This document shows, in pieces, positions 49,459 to 61,479 of a stretch of DNA of 64,000 nucleotides (position 1 is the stretch's first letter; each line of letters begins with the position of its first letter). Source of the stretch: Podarcis vaucheri. Taxonomy: Eukaryota. The notes under the pieces are model-generated. The model made no database searches. It saw only the letters and a list, made by a program, of their open reading frames with translations, and was not told the DNA's origin. The stretch is taken from NCBI GenBank assembly GCA_965113315.1, contig OZ220363.1. The stretch is one strand, 5' to 3'. Both the position numbers and the translations under genes were made by a program.

Positions 49459-52400
49459 CCTAAATGCCTAAATTGTTTTCTTAGAAAACCCTCCCTCCCT
49501 TCCCATTTGTGTTTTTAAATGTAGTTCTACATATTCTGGTGCAGATAAAGGTGTCCCTCCACCCATCCACACACTTTCCCTTTGCTTCTGGCTCTGAAAT
49601 CCTATCAGATGCCAGACTACAAAATAAAAAGTCAAAACCATGATTACTTTTTATTTAAGAGGGATTAGAGGACACTTGCATTGCAAAACTGTGTTGCTGG
49701 CACCAATACAAAACAAAACACAACAACCTAGCTTGTGCAACAGATTAACTAAATTACAAGTCTCAGTGAGGACTTTTTGTTAAATCTTTGGGAGTTGTGG
49801 CAAGGGATTGGCTCATTCTGCTTCAGCAAGAAGAGCTCATTGGCTTCATGACATTACATTTTGTTTCAACTCTCCCTGAACCGTGTTGAACTTCACTTGG
49901 AACGTTCCTCTGCTTTTTTTTTTATCCTGAAGCTGTAATCAAAGAACATACAAGGAATGAAAAAAGCTTATGAGTGCTTAATTCAACAACCTAGGCATGT
50001 TACAAAAAGAAACAACCCACAAAGCCACAAATCCTCTGTAAAGGCTAACCTAATCAGTCCTATTCCAAATCTATGCCATTTATCTCTAGCAGTCCCCCCC
50101 CCCCAGGTTTTGTCTCTAGGCATACCCTTTTCTATGATGAAATATGCACCTCTGCCCTGGGAAAGAATCGTATCACACAGATGATCTGATGAATAGCTAT
50201 TTGTGCCTTATATTTAAGCCCTTGCTATCCCTTCTTCATGACTCTTCATATATTAACAAGTGGGCATCTTTTTCAGCACTTCCAGAAAAGAGATACAGAA
50301 GATAATATTTTCTAGCAAGAGGGAATGATTTAAATCAAGATGGTTTAAAATCAATGATTTGAATGAGCAAGAAAAAGGAGGTTGATTTAAGTCAAGTTTT
50401 CTTTTGATACTACTTCACGTATTTTCTAAAAGATGGTGCAAACTACTAAACTCTGTTAATTTATAGAATATTGCTTACCCTGTTCCATATGTACAACCAA
50501 GCCTTGCATCTCTTAGTCTCAGTATACATTTCACATACTTCCTTCTTTTTCCCTGTAGAGGGAATGTCTCTAAAATGTTCTCATATAGGATCTTTCTTAT
50601 GACAAACACCCATGACAATTTGCAGAGTTAGCAGCAGAATCCTATTTGCCCAGGAGTAAATCCTCTTGAGTTCAGTAGGGCTTTAACTATAAGTGAATAC
50701 AGGACTGCAGCACAAGTATGGAGAATAATAGAGACCTGAGCACTGCATAAGTTTGTCTTCCAGTCTTCTTTCCGGTTGCTCCTTTCTGCATCTCTTGGTC
50801 CACATTTAACAAAAATGAGGTATCCATGACTGATAGGTCAAAGCAGGAGTGATTATTACTAGGCACACTAGAGCTGTTTATTTTCATCAGATTAAGATGA
50901 AATGCCTATATCTGAATAATGATAAGATAGGTTCTTCATTAAGACAGAAAAATCTATCTGGATATAGCTGATGGAAGGGGTTGATGTAGTGCATATAAAT
51001 GAACTGTAGGTCTAACACAGCCTTGTGACTATACCCCGCCCCCAAGTTACTACTAGCCTGTTAAAAGAAAAGAAAAAGCACTAACCTGCTAGGTGCTGAC
51101 CAAAGAGGGATGGAGAGTGGCCTTTCTGTGCTGGGTCCAGAGGAGAGACGGGGTGCTCCCATCCTTCCTTCAACAGCCCATTCCTTTCTGTGCATGGAGT
51201 CCTGGTTGTCAGCGACTACAAAGCTACTACCAAGGTTGGCTAATGTGCTTATATCCAAATTAATTTACATTTGATCTCTTTATTATATAAGAGAAACTTA
51301 GCAAACCTTGTCAGAAGAATCCCTGTGTAGGAGTTTCCACTTGTGCAGTGGGGCTTTCCCCTCCACACTCCTCCCTGTGCCCCTGAAATTAGCTGGTGGC
51401 GGGGAGTTGGGAGGATCCCCAGAATAGGGTGGGTGTGGTTTCTTCTGCTTGTGCAAAGAGAATGTTCATCACAGTGCAAAATTGAATTCCACCCTCCGTA
51501 TTTACAATTCTTAAAAACATCAAAATCCAATTATTATTATTTTTAAAAAATCTTAAATCTGATTTTTAGTCCACCTAACATGCTTATGTTTGAGAGGAAG
51601 CCAATAGAGACATCAAAGGTGGTGAATATGGGATTAATCTCAGTACCAGGTCATATGTCTATCCCCAAGATAGTAAAGTCAGCACGTGGGCCTGTGCGGC
51701 TGCAGCATTTCTCCCTGAAATGTGGTTAAAGGAATTGAACTGGGCTGCAGTGCTGTGCTCCTCTCCCTTAGAAACTCAGGCGGCCCTCTGCCTTCACCAC
51801 AATGAGAGGAGTATAACTATTACATTTGAACTGCCCGGTGGTGCCTTGGCTGCTTCGTTTCTTTATGTCAAGGGACTTTGTCTGAATTTGCCATAGTGTG
51901 AAAATCTCCAAAGTTGCCATATCAGAGAGAAATTATTTCTGAAGTGTTGTTTTTTTCCCTGTCACTTGAGAGCAGTTTCAGATAAAAGGTTTTAGAACAA
52001 GGAGGTCAAGTGTGTGACAGCCTGTTTTCCTCTGCCCTAGAAATATATTTATGAACTCACACTCAAGTCCCCCCCACTCCGCAAAACCCATTTTTGGTTT
52101 TATTTTAGCTGAAAGAACTTCCTCATCCTCCGGTGCCCTTGAGAGCACATTGAGATAGGCGTACAGTATTTGTTTGTTTCTGAGAGCAGAACATTCATTA
52201 GAAGCTGGAGGAGATTGCTTTCCATTCCCCTCTCTCACTGCAACAGACATCCAAATGCCAGGGACACAAGGTTTTGTTCTAACCCAGAGTGTGAACTTGC
52301 ACCATGAAGAAAGTGGCTGGGGATTCTTTCTAGCTTTCAAGTGCCGTGGGTTGAGGTGATATTCAGCACAGTGCATTTACCTGCTTACCTCATAAGCTAG

Positions 52401-53321
52401 ATGCTCTTCTCTACTTAATACCACAACCCACCACATAGTGAAGCTTGATTAATTTCTTTGATCCCTGAGGGTGCTCGGTTCTGTCCTGGATTGTGCCTCT
52501 TCTGAGTCCTCTTCCAGGCTAGGCACTGTACTCCTTGCTAGACCAGCAGTCACTTTCCAGATGCAAGCAATTGCGGAATGTTAGCTTCCTAAATAGTATT
52601 TTCTGCAGCCACAAATTCCCCTTTTGGTTAGTTTGGGATTGTGCTTTAAAAGATCTGGACTGCTCTTCTATTTAAGTCAAGCCAGAGGGAATGTAGCATT
52701 CTGTAGCATTGGCTGTACTGGATACAAAGACCTGTGAATGTGGTAAATCCTTAGAGTTTGGTTTTCCTGTAATGTGGAAGCCTGAATTAATTCTGGCCTT
52801 CATAGTTAACAGCACGAGAGGTTAATTCACAGTTCATTCCCAATTTAGCTCAGTAATTAGCTGTTTGTAGAACACTATTTGTGTTTGTTTTGGAGTTAAA
52901 TACACATAGACCTAAGCCACACTTTTAAAAATCTGCTGCACCTTTACCGAGTGAAATTTAAACTTCCTGACTTAATTCACTAAAACATAATGCAAACATT
53001 TGTTTTTTAATTGGTCAATTTTAAAGCAGACAGATGCTTCGAAAGGAACGATGTAATGAAATTATATCCATTTAACAAAATCTACTGCTTATTATTTGTT
53101 TTCCAATTAAGTGTCAGTTAAGAAGCAATTTCTGTAGGTGGGAAGAAGAGGTATAAGCATTGTTTCTAACATTATATAAAGCCCAGAGCTGTAGCTGAAA
53201 AAATTGGTCCAGGATCCAGTGGGGTATTTAATCACAGCTCCATCTGCAACCAAGCGCTTTGGATGGATACTAGCTTTTTGTTAAATGTTAACCCTCATTT
53301 AACCCTCTTTAATGTTCTTCT

Positions 53322-53512
53322 TTAACCAGGCCTTTGGCTGATTGACATCCAGTGCCCTTTTAAAATATGATGGGGGTGTTATTGGGTTGTTCTTGTTTTT
53401 GTTTTTATTATGTATGTGATTTTATGTTGTGATTTTATCTTGTGAACCGCCCTGAGACCTATGGGTATAGAGCAGTATACAAATATAATAATAATAATAA
53501 TAATAATAATAT
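53322..53512 (+). mobile_element. L2 LINE 3' end with (AAT)n tail
   Basis: ttaaccaggcctttggctg...tgtgaaccgccctgagacc...gtatacaaat(aat)n. Confidence 0.7.
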
Positions 53513-54109
53513 AATATATCTTCATCAATATGATGCACTTTCTCAGTTAAAATTATGAGTACTTCACTCTTGCAAGTAAGCATATGATGGCACACAGTTT
53601 ACGATAAAAAGAGGGGGGAAATTAAAGCAAGCTTTTGATCAGGTACTAAAGTCCAGTTCAAACATTCTCAGCCTTCTGCATTCAATTGAAGCCCCCTCTG
53701 TGGACACATTCATGTGAACAATGTAATATGTGACCTGGGCCATTATCAGATACACCTGTAATCTCCTGACAGAGATTGCCAATAGTGACCCCATTTTTTT
53801 TTTGCTGCCATAGTCACAAGAATTGCCGTTGGTAGCTGTGCATGAGGGCACAAAGTGGACTTCTGGTGGCATAATACATTTTAAAATAATTTAATATTGA
53901 GATGCCCTAAATAAGAATTCTCATTAACACATCCCTAGAAACAGACTGGATACATCACATAATTAAGGTGCTGAACTGGTGGAAATACACTCATAGTTCT
54001 AGTATTTAAGTGCACTAATAAAGAGTTGCGGTATAAAATGTCTTCAAAATAGTTTGTACTTTTTTAAAAAAATTGCACTATTGTTATTTCCTGCCACTGG
54101 GTTTTCTTT

Positions 54110-54250
54110 TATTAATGCTGTTTTTATACTGTTTTAAATGCCATGTTGGGTTGTTGTTGTTTTGTATATATTATGGTGTTAATTTTTATGGTAAGCACCT
54201 GAGAGAACTTTTTGTTGCTGGGCAGTGTATAAATAAAATAGGTAAATAAT
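54110..54250 (+). mobile_element. Degenerate L2-type 3' tail just upstream of exon 8
   Basis: T-rich tract, then gtaagcacctgagag...gggcagtgtataaataaaata. Confidence 0.5.
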
Positions 54251-54279
54251 CAAATGTGCTTTTAAAAAATCTCTTGCAG

Positions 54280-54462
54280 CCACCTTGTATACTTCTGGCA
54301 TCTTGTTTGGCGTCTTCTTGAACAGCAGCGTACCTATTTTCTTTGAACTTTTTGTGGAAACTGTCTACCCTGTTCCAGAAGGGATTACTTGCGGCGTGAC
54401 CACTTTCCTAAGCAACATGTTCATGGGAGTTCTTTTATTTTTTCTTACTTTCTACAATAAAG
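54280..54462 (+). CDS. SLC49A4: SLC49A4 coding exon 8 ([39 protein letters not shown]...FYNK)
   Basis: Acceptor ctcttgcag|CC, donor G|gtaagg; FLVCR-family E-x-x-YP-x-x-EG motif; overlaps ORF 54285..54503. Confidence 0.96.
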
Positions 54463-57316
54463 GTAAGGAGTATTTAGATGCTTGTGGAGTATCAATTTGT
54501 TAGCACAACGTATTTCAGCTGGGAGTTTTATTTTTGGCTTCACCAGGAAGAGGAGCTTCATGGAGATTCTTCTGTTAACACTAATGATGTGTATAAATCC
54601 CTTAGCATTTGTAGAAGAATAGCCCTCCCTATGTGTTCGTCTTTATAAGTCTGCCAGTCAAAGATTGAAATCTTCACATAGAATTGTTCCTTTGAAGGCA
54701 GGGCAGTGGGATGCCTTTGAGATAAATACTGTGGTGGCTTAAAAAAAAAAAAAAGGAAGACAAAGAGCCACGTAATGTTATGACCATTAATAACATACGT
54801 AGCTAGGCAAGCTAAAACAGCGATAAAACTAATCCAATCTCATGCTTCAGGGTCTAATCTGGTTGTTTCGGGGGGGGGGGGGTAAGAAGAAGCATGTGGT
54901 TTCTTTTTCGTCTTCCAGGTCTTCCTGGTCTTTTGACCACACTCACAATTTACAGATTGGCAAAAGAGGGGGTATCTCCCCACTGTCCTGTTTTCAGACA
55001 AGTTTTGGAAGATTGTAAACTGAGGAGGGGAGAGTTGTGGGTTATGTGTTGCTATAGTGCAGGTGAGGGAAAACTTCTTGAGTTCAAGGTCCCTCCATTT
55101 TTGACAGTTGGACAGGGCCACCCACATTTTGATCACCAGGCATCATACACCATAATTCTGGTTTCAAGCCAGCGGCAAGCACAATCTAGTCCCGCAACAC
55201 TAAAAACAGTTGATGGTCACGTGGGCCTGGTTTGTTCAAAATGGCCTGACGGATACCTCCCCAGTGCAATGCTATAGAGATAAAGGGTTGGCTCAACCTG
55301 AAGCCTCTGAGCTTTGCTCCTGTAGAGCACAAAGGGTGTGGAACCATCTGAAGAATGGAGACAGGGTTTCTTCTCCCCACCCCCCTTCTGAAACGTACCC
55401 TCTCATACAACAGAGAAAAGGTCTTTAGCCTAACATACATCTTCTTGTACATCTCCCATACTTAGAGTGTATGTGTTTGCAGATCTGTTTGTTGTATGCA
55501 TGCACTACGTGCTGTTGTTTACATGTTCATGTAAAATGCCCTGTGTTCACATGTAAATAATGAGCCAGGAATGCAATGGCCCTTAGCTATTGGTTGAAAG
55601 GATGAATATTGCTGCAACCTCACATATATCAGTCCTTTCCATATTTGATTTTTCTTCAGCTCTTGCTGTTCGTTCACAAGAACTGCCATAGAATCATCCT
55701 CACCTACGATGCCATGATTCCTTGGAGGGAGAATAGAATACACATAGATTTTGCTGTTAGTGCCTCCCAGTATACACTTCTACTGGATATGCCAGCAGAG
55801 CTGACTTACAACCCACATGACGACTGCTACTGGTGCATTGTAATGTCATAAGTTTAGTTTCGTGCTTTGAATTATTATTTTTTAAGCACATTCTTGTTAG
55901 TTGACATCATTTTGGCCAGAAAAAATAGCTTTGACATTTGAAAGCCCCATAAAGACGGTTGCCGTCTTTTAAACAAATATATAGACCACTTACGGTTGGA
56001 TGGTTTCCATGTATTAATTTGGCAGTTTGAGGGAGAGGAGCATAAGGGAATGTGAGGATACTGGAAACTTTAGTGATTTCACTTAGTTGGTGTACATTCT
56101 ATTCAATGTGGTAAAAGGTAAAGCTTTTGATGGAATTGATATCAAAAATATTAGTAGTGGGTGATGCCTAATAGAACATAAAGAGATATTTCTGAAGAAG
56201 CAGTGCTGTCTATAATATTGAGAGTTTTGCACCTTTAGCCCTGTGAGTTACTGGGATTAAACCAGACCAGTGTTGTTAGGTGGTTTTAGACCTGAGGGTA
56301 CATTTAGAGTTCTGTAAAAACAATGAACAAAGTAGGCATTTCTTCAGAAATACACATAATATTGATAGGGAGGTGGCATTTGCATTGTCCTTGCTTACTG
56401 ATTAACTTTAATAATTAACCATTGGACAGCATTGGTTTGGACTGCATCTTTTGCTGGAGAAATTACATTTGCTTGTCCTGACAAGCCAAATCAGACTGCT
56501 GTTGTTGAATAAAATGATATTTTATCAATACAAGACTAGGAAGGCAAAAGAATAGCTGATGGGAGTCAAAAGAATTGACTAAATGAACACACCCTGTAGA
56601 TCTTTAAAAAGCACTCACAGCTCATTCTGGAATGATTTACAGACTCTGGATTTGAAATCCAATTTATAAATATGGTCTCACTGAGCTCAACTTTCCTGAC
56701 ATATAGCTGTATAAGCCTAATTTTCTTGTGAGCATTTGGAATTGTGGTAGGATGCAGAGATGCTCTTAATCTTTCTCCACCACAATGTCTGCACAGCAAA
56801 GGAGTTGTGAAGACCTCATCCCATCATTGTGACTTACTTACCAAGCAAATTAAGATGGCTAAAATTTAATTAATTTTGTTTTTAAAATGTTCCACGACAA
56901 GGGTTATAATCAAATCATAAATTTTTGTCTCAATGTGTTTATTTTCACTGCATCTTCTTAAATCAAAATCTTTGGTGCTTTATAATGCTTTTCATTTATG
57001 TGTAAATAGTTTTGTTTCTGTTAGTTCTCAAGCATAACAACTAAAGACACAGAATAGGCAAGGCTGTCCTGTGTGCCCCAGTTCAGCTGGAAGAAGTTAA
57101 GCAGGGGTGCTGGCCTATTTGAGCACCCCAGCTCAATTTCTTACAGTACCCCTATTTTCAATGAGGACAACTTCTTTCTGACAAAGATTGCACTTTCTCT
57201 GAAGTGTTTGCCTTAACCTAAATTATGATGCTTTTAAAGAACTGGCTGTTTTTTATGATGAAGTAGGACATGCATATTCAAGACTAATCTTTCTTCTTTT
57301 TCCCCCACCCACCCAG

Positions 57317-57432
57317 AGTTCTCTTGGTTTAACTGGTGCCTCCCAGGCTCTTGTCTGCTAAGTCTTCTGCTCATCCTGTGCTTCAGGGAATCCTACGATA
57401 GACTTTATCTCGATGTCATTGTCTCCGTTTGA
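57317..57432 (+). CDS. SLC49A4: SLC49A4 last coding exon 9 ([38 protein letters not shown])
   Basis: Acceptor cccacccag|AG; TGA at 57430-57432 followed directly by TAG; C-terminus nearly identical to human. Confidence 0.96.
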
Positions 57433-59704
57433 TAGCACAAAACAGAAGGGAGCTCCAGAAGAGGATGGAAGTTAGAACCCTGCTCTGCCTCTTTCCTTTG
57501 GAAATTGAAAAGACCAAAGGTCAAAGCTAAAAAAACCCTAAACAGTTTTAACATTGACCTTTTAACTGAACTTACAAAGTGGTTTTTAAAGTACACTTCC
57601 TAATTTCAGATTTTATTATCTTGATAACGATGGTGAGTGTTGTACTTGAATGGGAATTTGAATATTTTTTTAAAAGCACACACTCAGAAGAATGTGCGTT
57701 AGGGAGAAGCTATAGTTTATTAACTGTGAGATTTTTATTTAATAAGCTATTTAACTGGGTATACAGATTTTGTGCCAACTCAAGCCATTTACAAAATGAA
57801 TATCTTACTTAGGGTTTAAGGGAGGAACATATTCACCATCACAAAAAAGTCTATTTTTGCAGCCTAAAGAGTCTAGTAAGAATTCTGATGTTCCAATATT
57901 TATCCTGCTTTTTAAACAATATACTATCCCCCATGGTGTAGTATATGAAAAGACAAGTGTCACTTTGATGACCAAATATTTGCAACGTAGCTAATTAGGG
58001 CTGAACAACTTGTTCCCTCACTATGAGCCCTCTAAGCGCTATCAAAATGAGAATAGTAGGTAGATATGAAATTATCCTTCTAGGATTTTAACTATGACCA
58101 AATATTTAAAATCCATATAAATGTCTTGACATGCCCCTTGTACACTACATTTATTTTCTAATGAAGCAATTGCTAATGTTTTCTAACCAGTCCCCTTCTT
58201 GACACATTGAAGGGTCTTATATCAGTTGGTGCTATATATTCAGTTATGTTTAAAACAATTAATTGCCTTAGTATAGGAATGACATCGGTTGTGAAGGTAC
58301 AATGGGTCAGCACTACCTTTACTGGGATATTTTTAATTCATTTCTCCATCCAAATACTGCAAGCTGTCCTCCCAATGTTTTATCAAGCTGACTGAACAAA
58401 ATTTATAGCTTTTCTGTGACAAGTCACGTGTGTTTTCAAGCTAGTTTACAATTTAAAGAGTGCCTATCATGTGTGATTTTGTTTTTAAACAGATATTCAG
58501 TGGTGGTACTTTCGGGTAACAAAATTAAATGGCAAATCAAATCGATCCAGACTTTATCTTCTATAGAAAGCTTTTGATCCAGTGGGCAGATCCCACTGGT
58601 GGGGGCGGCATTTACCAATTTCTCTTCTCCCTCCCACAGCGTTTCAGCCCAACTCGGGAGGTGGGTGAGGCTGAGGGCGCAGGAGAGCAGGGAATCTCCC
58701 TTGTCCACCAGAGGGAGCAAAGTCTGATTCCAACTCAGAGTCTCCAGCCTTGGAACGTTGCATAACATGGTAGTTGCAGTACTGTGTATCCTGTATTACG
58801 ACACATATTATTGAGTTGGCTTTGTTTTCAAAAGCCAATCTAGCTTCTCCAGTTGGTTTTACAAAGCTTCACGTGCTCATGCTTTGCAAGAAATCTTATG
58901 CAAAATACATGTTGCTACCATCCATTTGAGAGAGGGAATTGTCAACCTGTGTTTACTAAATTGTGGCCAGTATGCTTCTCTACTAACACAAATATTTTGA
59001 AACACTTCCATGAGCATTCTTATAGCTCTGTTAATACTGAGTTTTAATCCTGAGCTTGTTCTCTTCCATTGGTCGGTCGGTCTGTGTGCATGCCTGTAAA
59101 ATATTGTTTGCACATACAAATCTTACAAGTGTATTTTTTAGTAGTAAATTTCCACTGTGTCGAAATTCTAATGATATATTTAGTGCCATTGTCCATTCGA
59201 AAAGCAATCTCTTCAAGTAATGACATAGTTTACATAACACAGTTGAGTGACTTTTTTTTTAAGAGGAGGTAACAAAGCCAACTTGCTCAGGGGCATTTGT
59301 GGATTCCACAATCTAATATTATGCTTCAGTGAGAACTTTGAATTTGGATATGTTTCACTCCTTCAAAGAAGTTCCATTCTGCCACTCTTGATTCATTTGG
59401 CCACTGTAATTCAGAAATTAAGCAATATTTCTCAGACACATGGCTTTATTCTGTTTGTCCAGTCATTTTATTCTGTGGATAACTGAAATATTTCTTCAAA
59501 TTGCATTTAGGAACTTAAATGGAATTATTGGTGTCATTTTATAGCGTCAACTTTTTGTTGTTGTTATGGTACCATTTTGTATTCCATATTGGTTAATAGG
59601 ATGTGACAGCTTGATGAACTGATCCGCGACAGCTCATGAAAGATGAAAAACCTTTCTCTTAGAAGTACCTTTCAGCCAAAATATAGCCATTTTAATCTGC
59701 AATA

Positions 59705-59941
59705 CAGTGGACGCTCGGGTTGTGAACGTGATCCGTGTGGGATGCACGTTCGCAACCCGCAGCAGCACGTCTGCGCACACGCGGGTTGTGATTTGGTGCT
59801 TCTACACATGCGCAAAGCACGATTTAGCGCATGTGCAACCTCCGAAACCCTGGAGTAACCTGTTGCGGTACTTCCGGGTTTCGGAGCGTCCGTAACCTGA
59901 AAAAGCGCAACCTGAAGCGTATGTAACCCGAGGTATGACTG
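59705..59941. mobile_element. Tigger-like MITE, related subfamily
   Basis: TA-CAGTGGACGCTCGGGTT...AACCCGAGGTATGACTG-TA; CpG-rich; shares 26 nt near the right end with the 6626 copy. Confidence 0.85.
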
Positions 59942-61473
59942 TATAGAAAGATTCTTATTTCCCCTCACTTTACAGGCAGGCTTTTCTGTATTTTTTTCAG
60001 CAGGCTTCCTCACAGCTCTTGCCACATGATTTTTCTCTTGGGGTGCAACACCTACAAGGAGGAACAAGGCCATCCACTTAACACCCTTTCATTGCCCAGT
60101 AGGGAACAATCTAGCATTCATCTAATAGCAATGTCAATTAATACATCCTGGTCCCAGTTACATGAAGGTTGAAACTTCTTTTTGCTAATGAAGAGTTATC
60201 CTACTGGGATTGCAACTGTATACATTTGAAGTACTTTCACAAGAAGCAGATGATGTTTTTTCACATACACATACCCCTCCTGGCTGCCATGTTATTTGTG
60301 TGGCATTAGCTAAAATGAGTCCATAGAATCAGGTTAAGTGTTCCCCTTGATTACGCTTCAAGGCATTTCTCACTGTTGGGATTTTAGGGAAAGAAACTCT
60401 CTGTGTACTCTTAATCTGCTCCCAAGAGGAGTCAAGGCATTTTTTTGTTCCTGAGTTTTGTCTTACTTCTCTTGAGCACTTAAAAATGAACTAGAAGATT
60501 GGTGCAAGTAGATGTCCTCCTAGTCAGAGGGCAGCTTGGTGGCAACATTGTGATAGTGTCCTTTTTTCTTCTTCTTATATTTGTGTTGTTAAAAAGAAAT
60601 CCCCAACTTGTTGGCTGAGAACTAGAAAATGTGAGTAGGATCTGCGGCTTCATTTCCTGGAGTTGTGCTTGGGCCAGTCCCTTTTTGAACTTGGTGTCCT
60701 CATCTGATGTGTGAGAGATAATACAGGTATAACTTTATTGTCACTGTCTAGGATAAGACAGATCTGTGGTCCCATCTTTTATGTAGTGCAGATCTCCTGT
60801 TCAGACAAGGTGGCCGCCTACTCTCATATCTCATAGGTAAGGCATACTGGCATAACCTGAAGAGGTGTTATATCCTTGTGTGCGCTGTTGAATGTGTGGG
60901 AAACATTTTGATTTTATAAAGACTGAACACACAATGCAAAATGAGCCACCTACAGGTGTGTGCTTTACTAAAAAGGGAAGTAGATATATAGGCATTAGGT
61001 AGAATTAATGAATATGAAGGCTATACATTATACAGTGGCTCAAGACAGCCTATAAAGGTTCTGATAGCAGAAATTTTGATTTGGTCAGTAACCTGCTTTA
61101 TAATTATATTGCATAATAGTGGTAACTTCTCAAGTTGCTAGGGCAGCAAAAGTGGTTTGGAAAATACTTTTTGTATGTGATATGGTTGCTTATACTTTTT
61201 ACTCATCAGTTATTTCCCAACATTAAAGTGAAAGTGACACGGTGGGCTAGATAGGTACATACAGCAATTGTATAGGAATGGTTAGGGTTATATATAGACT
61301 ATCATGAAGACACCGAAGAGAAGTTCTTCCATGCAAGTTCTGTTGAAGTGAATAGGAGCAGCACAATCTTGTGTTGCCCCCCTTCATTCAATGTAACTTG
61401 TACAGGAGAAATTCCCAGTGGACTATATCTTATCTAACCTTGTGCTCCAGGCAGCCTGCACAATATGTTCTCT

Positions 61474-61479
61474 AATAAA
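61474..61479 (+). terminator. Candidate polyadenylation signal for SLC49A4
   Basis: First canonical AATAAA found by eye after the stop codon; variant ATTAAA at 58524-58529 is an alternative. Confidence 0.25.

Larger units (their letters stand above)
9814..57432 (+). other. SLC49A4: SLC49A4/DIRC2 gene span in this window (coding exons 2-9; exon 1 and promoter upstream of window)
   Basis: Eight GT-AG exons (94+263+130+109+68+128+183+116 = 1091 nt) splice with compatible phases into one frame matching recalled human DIRC2 from GLRIT... to ...LYLDVVVSV. Confidence 0.96.
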
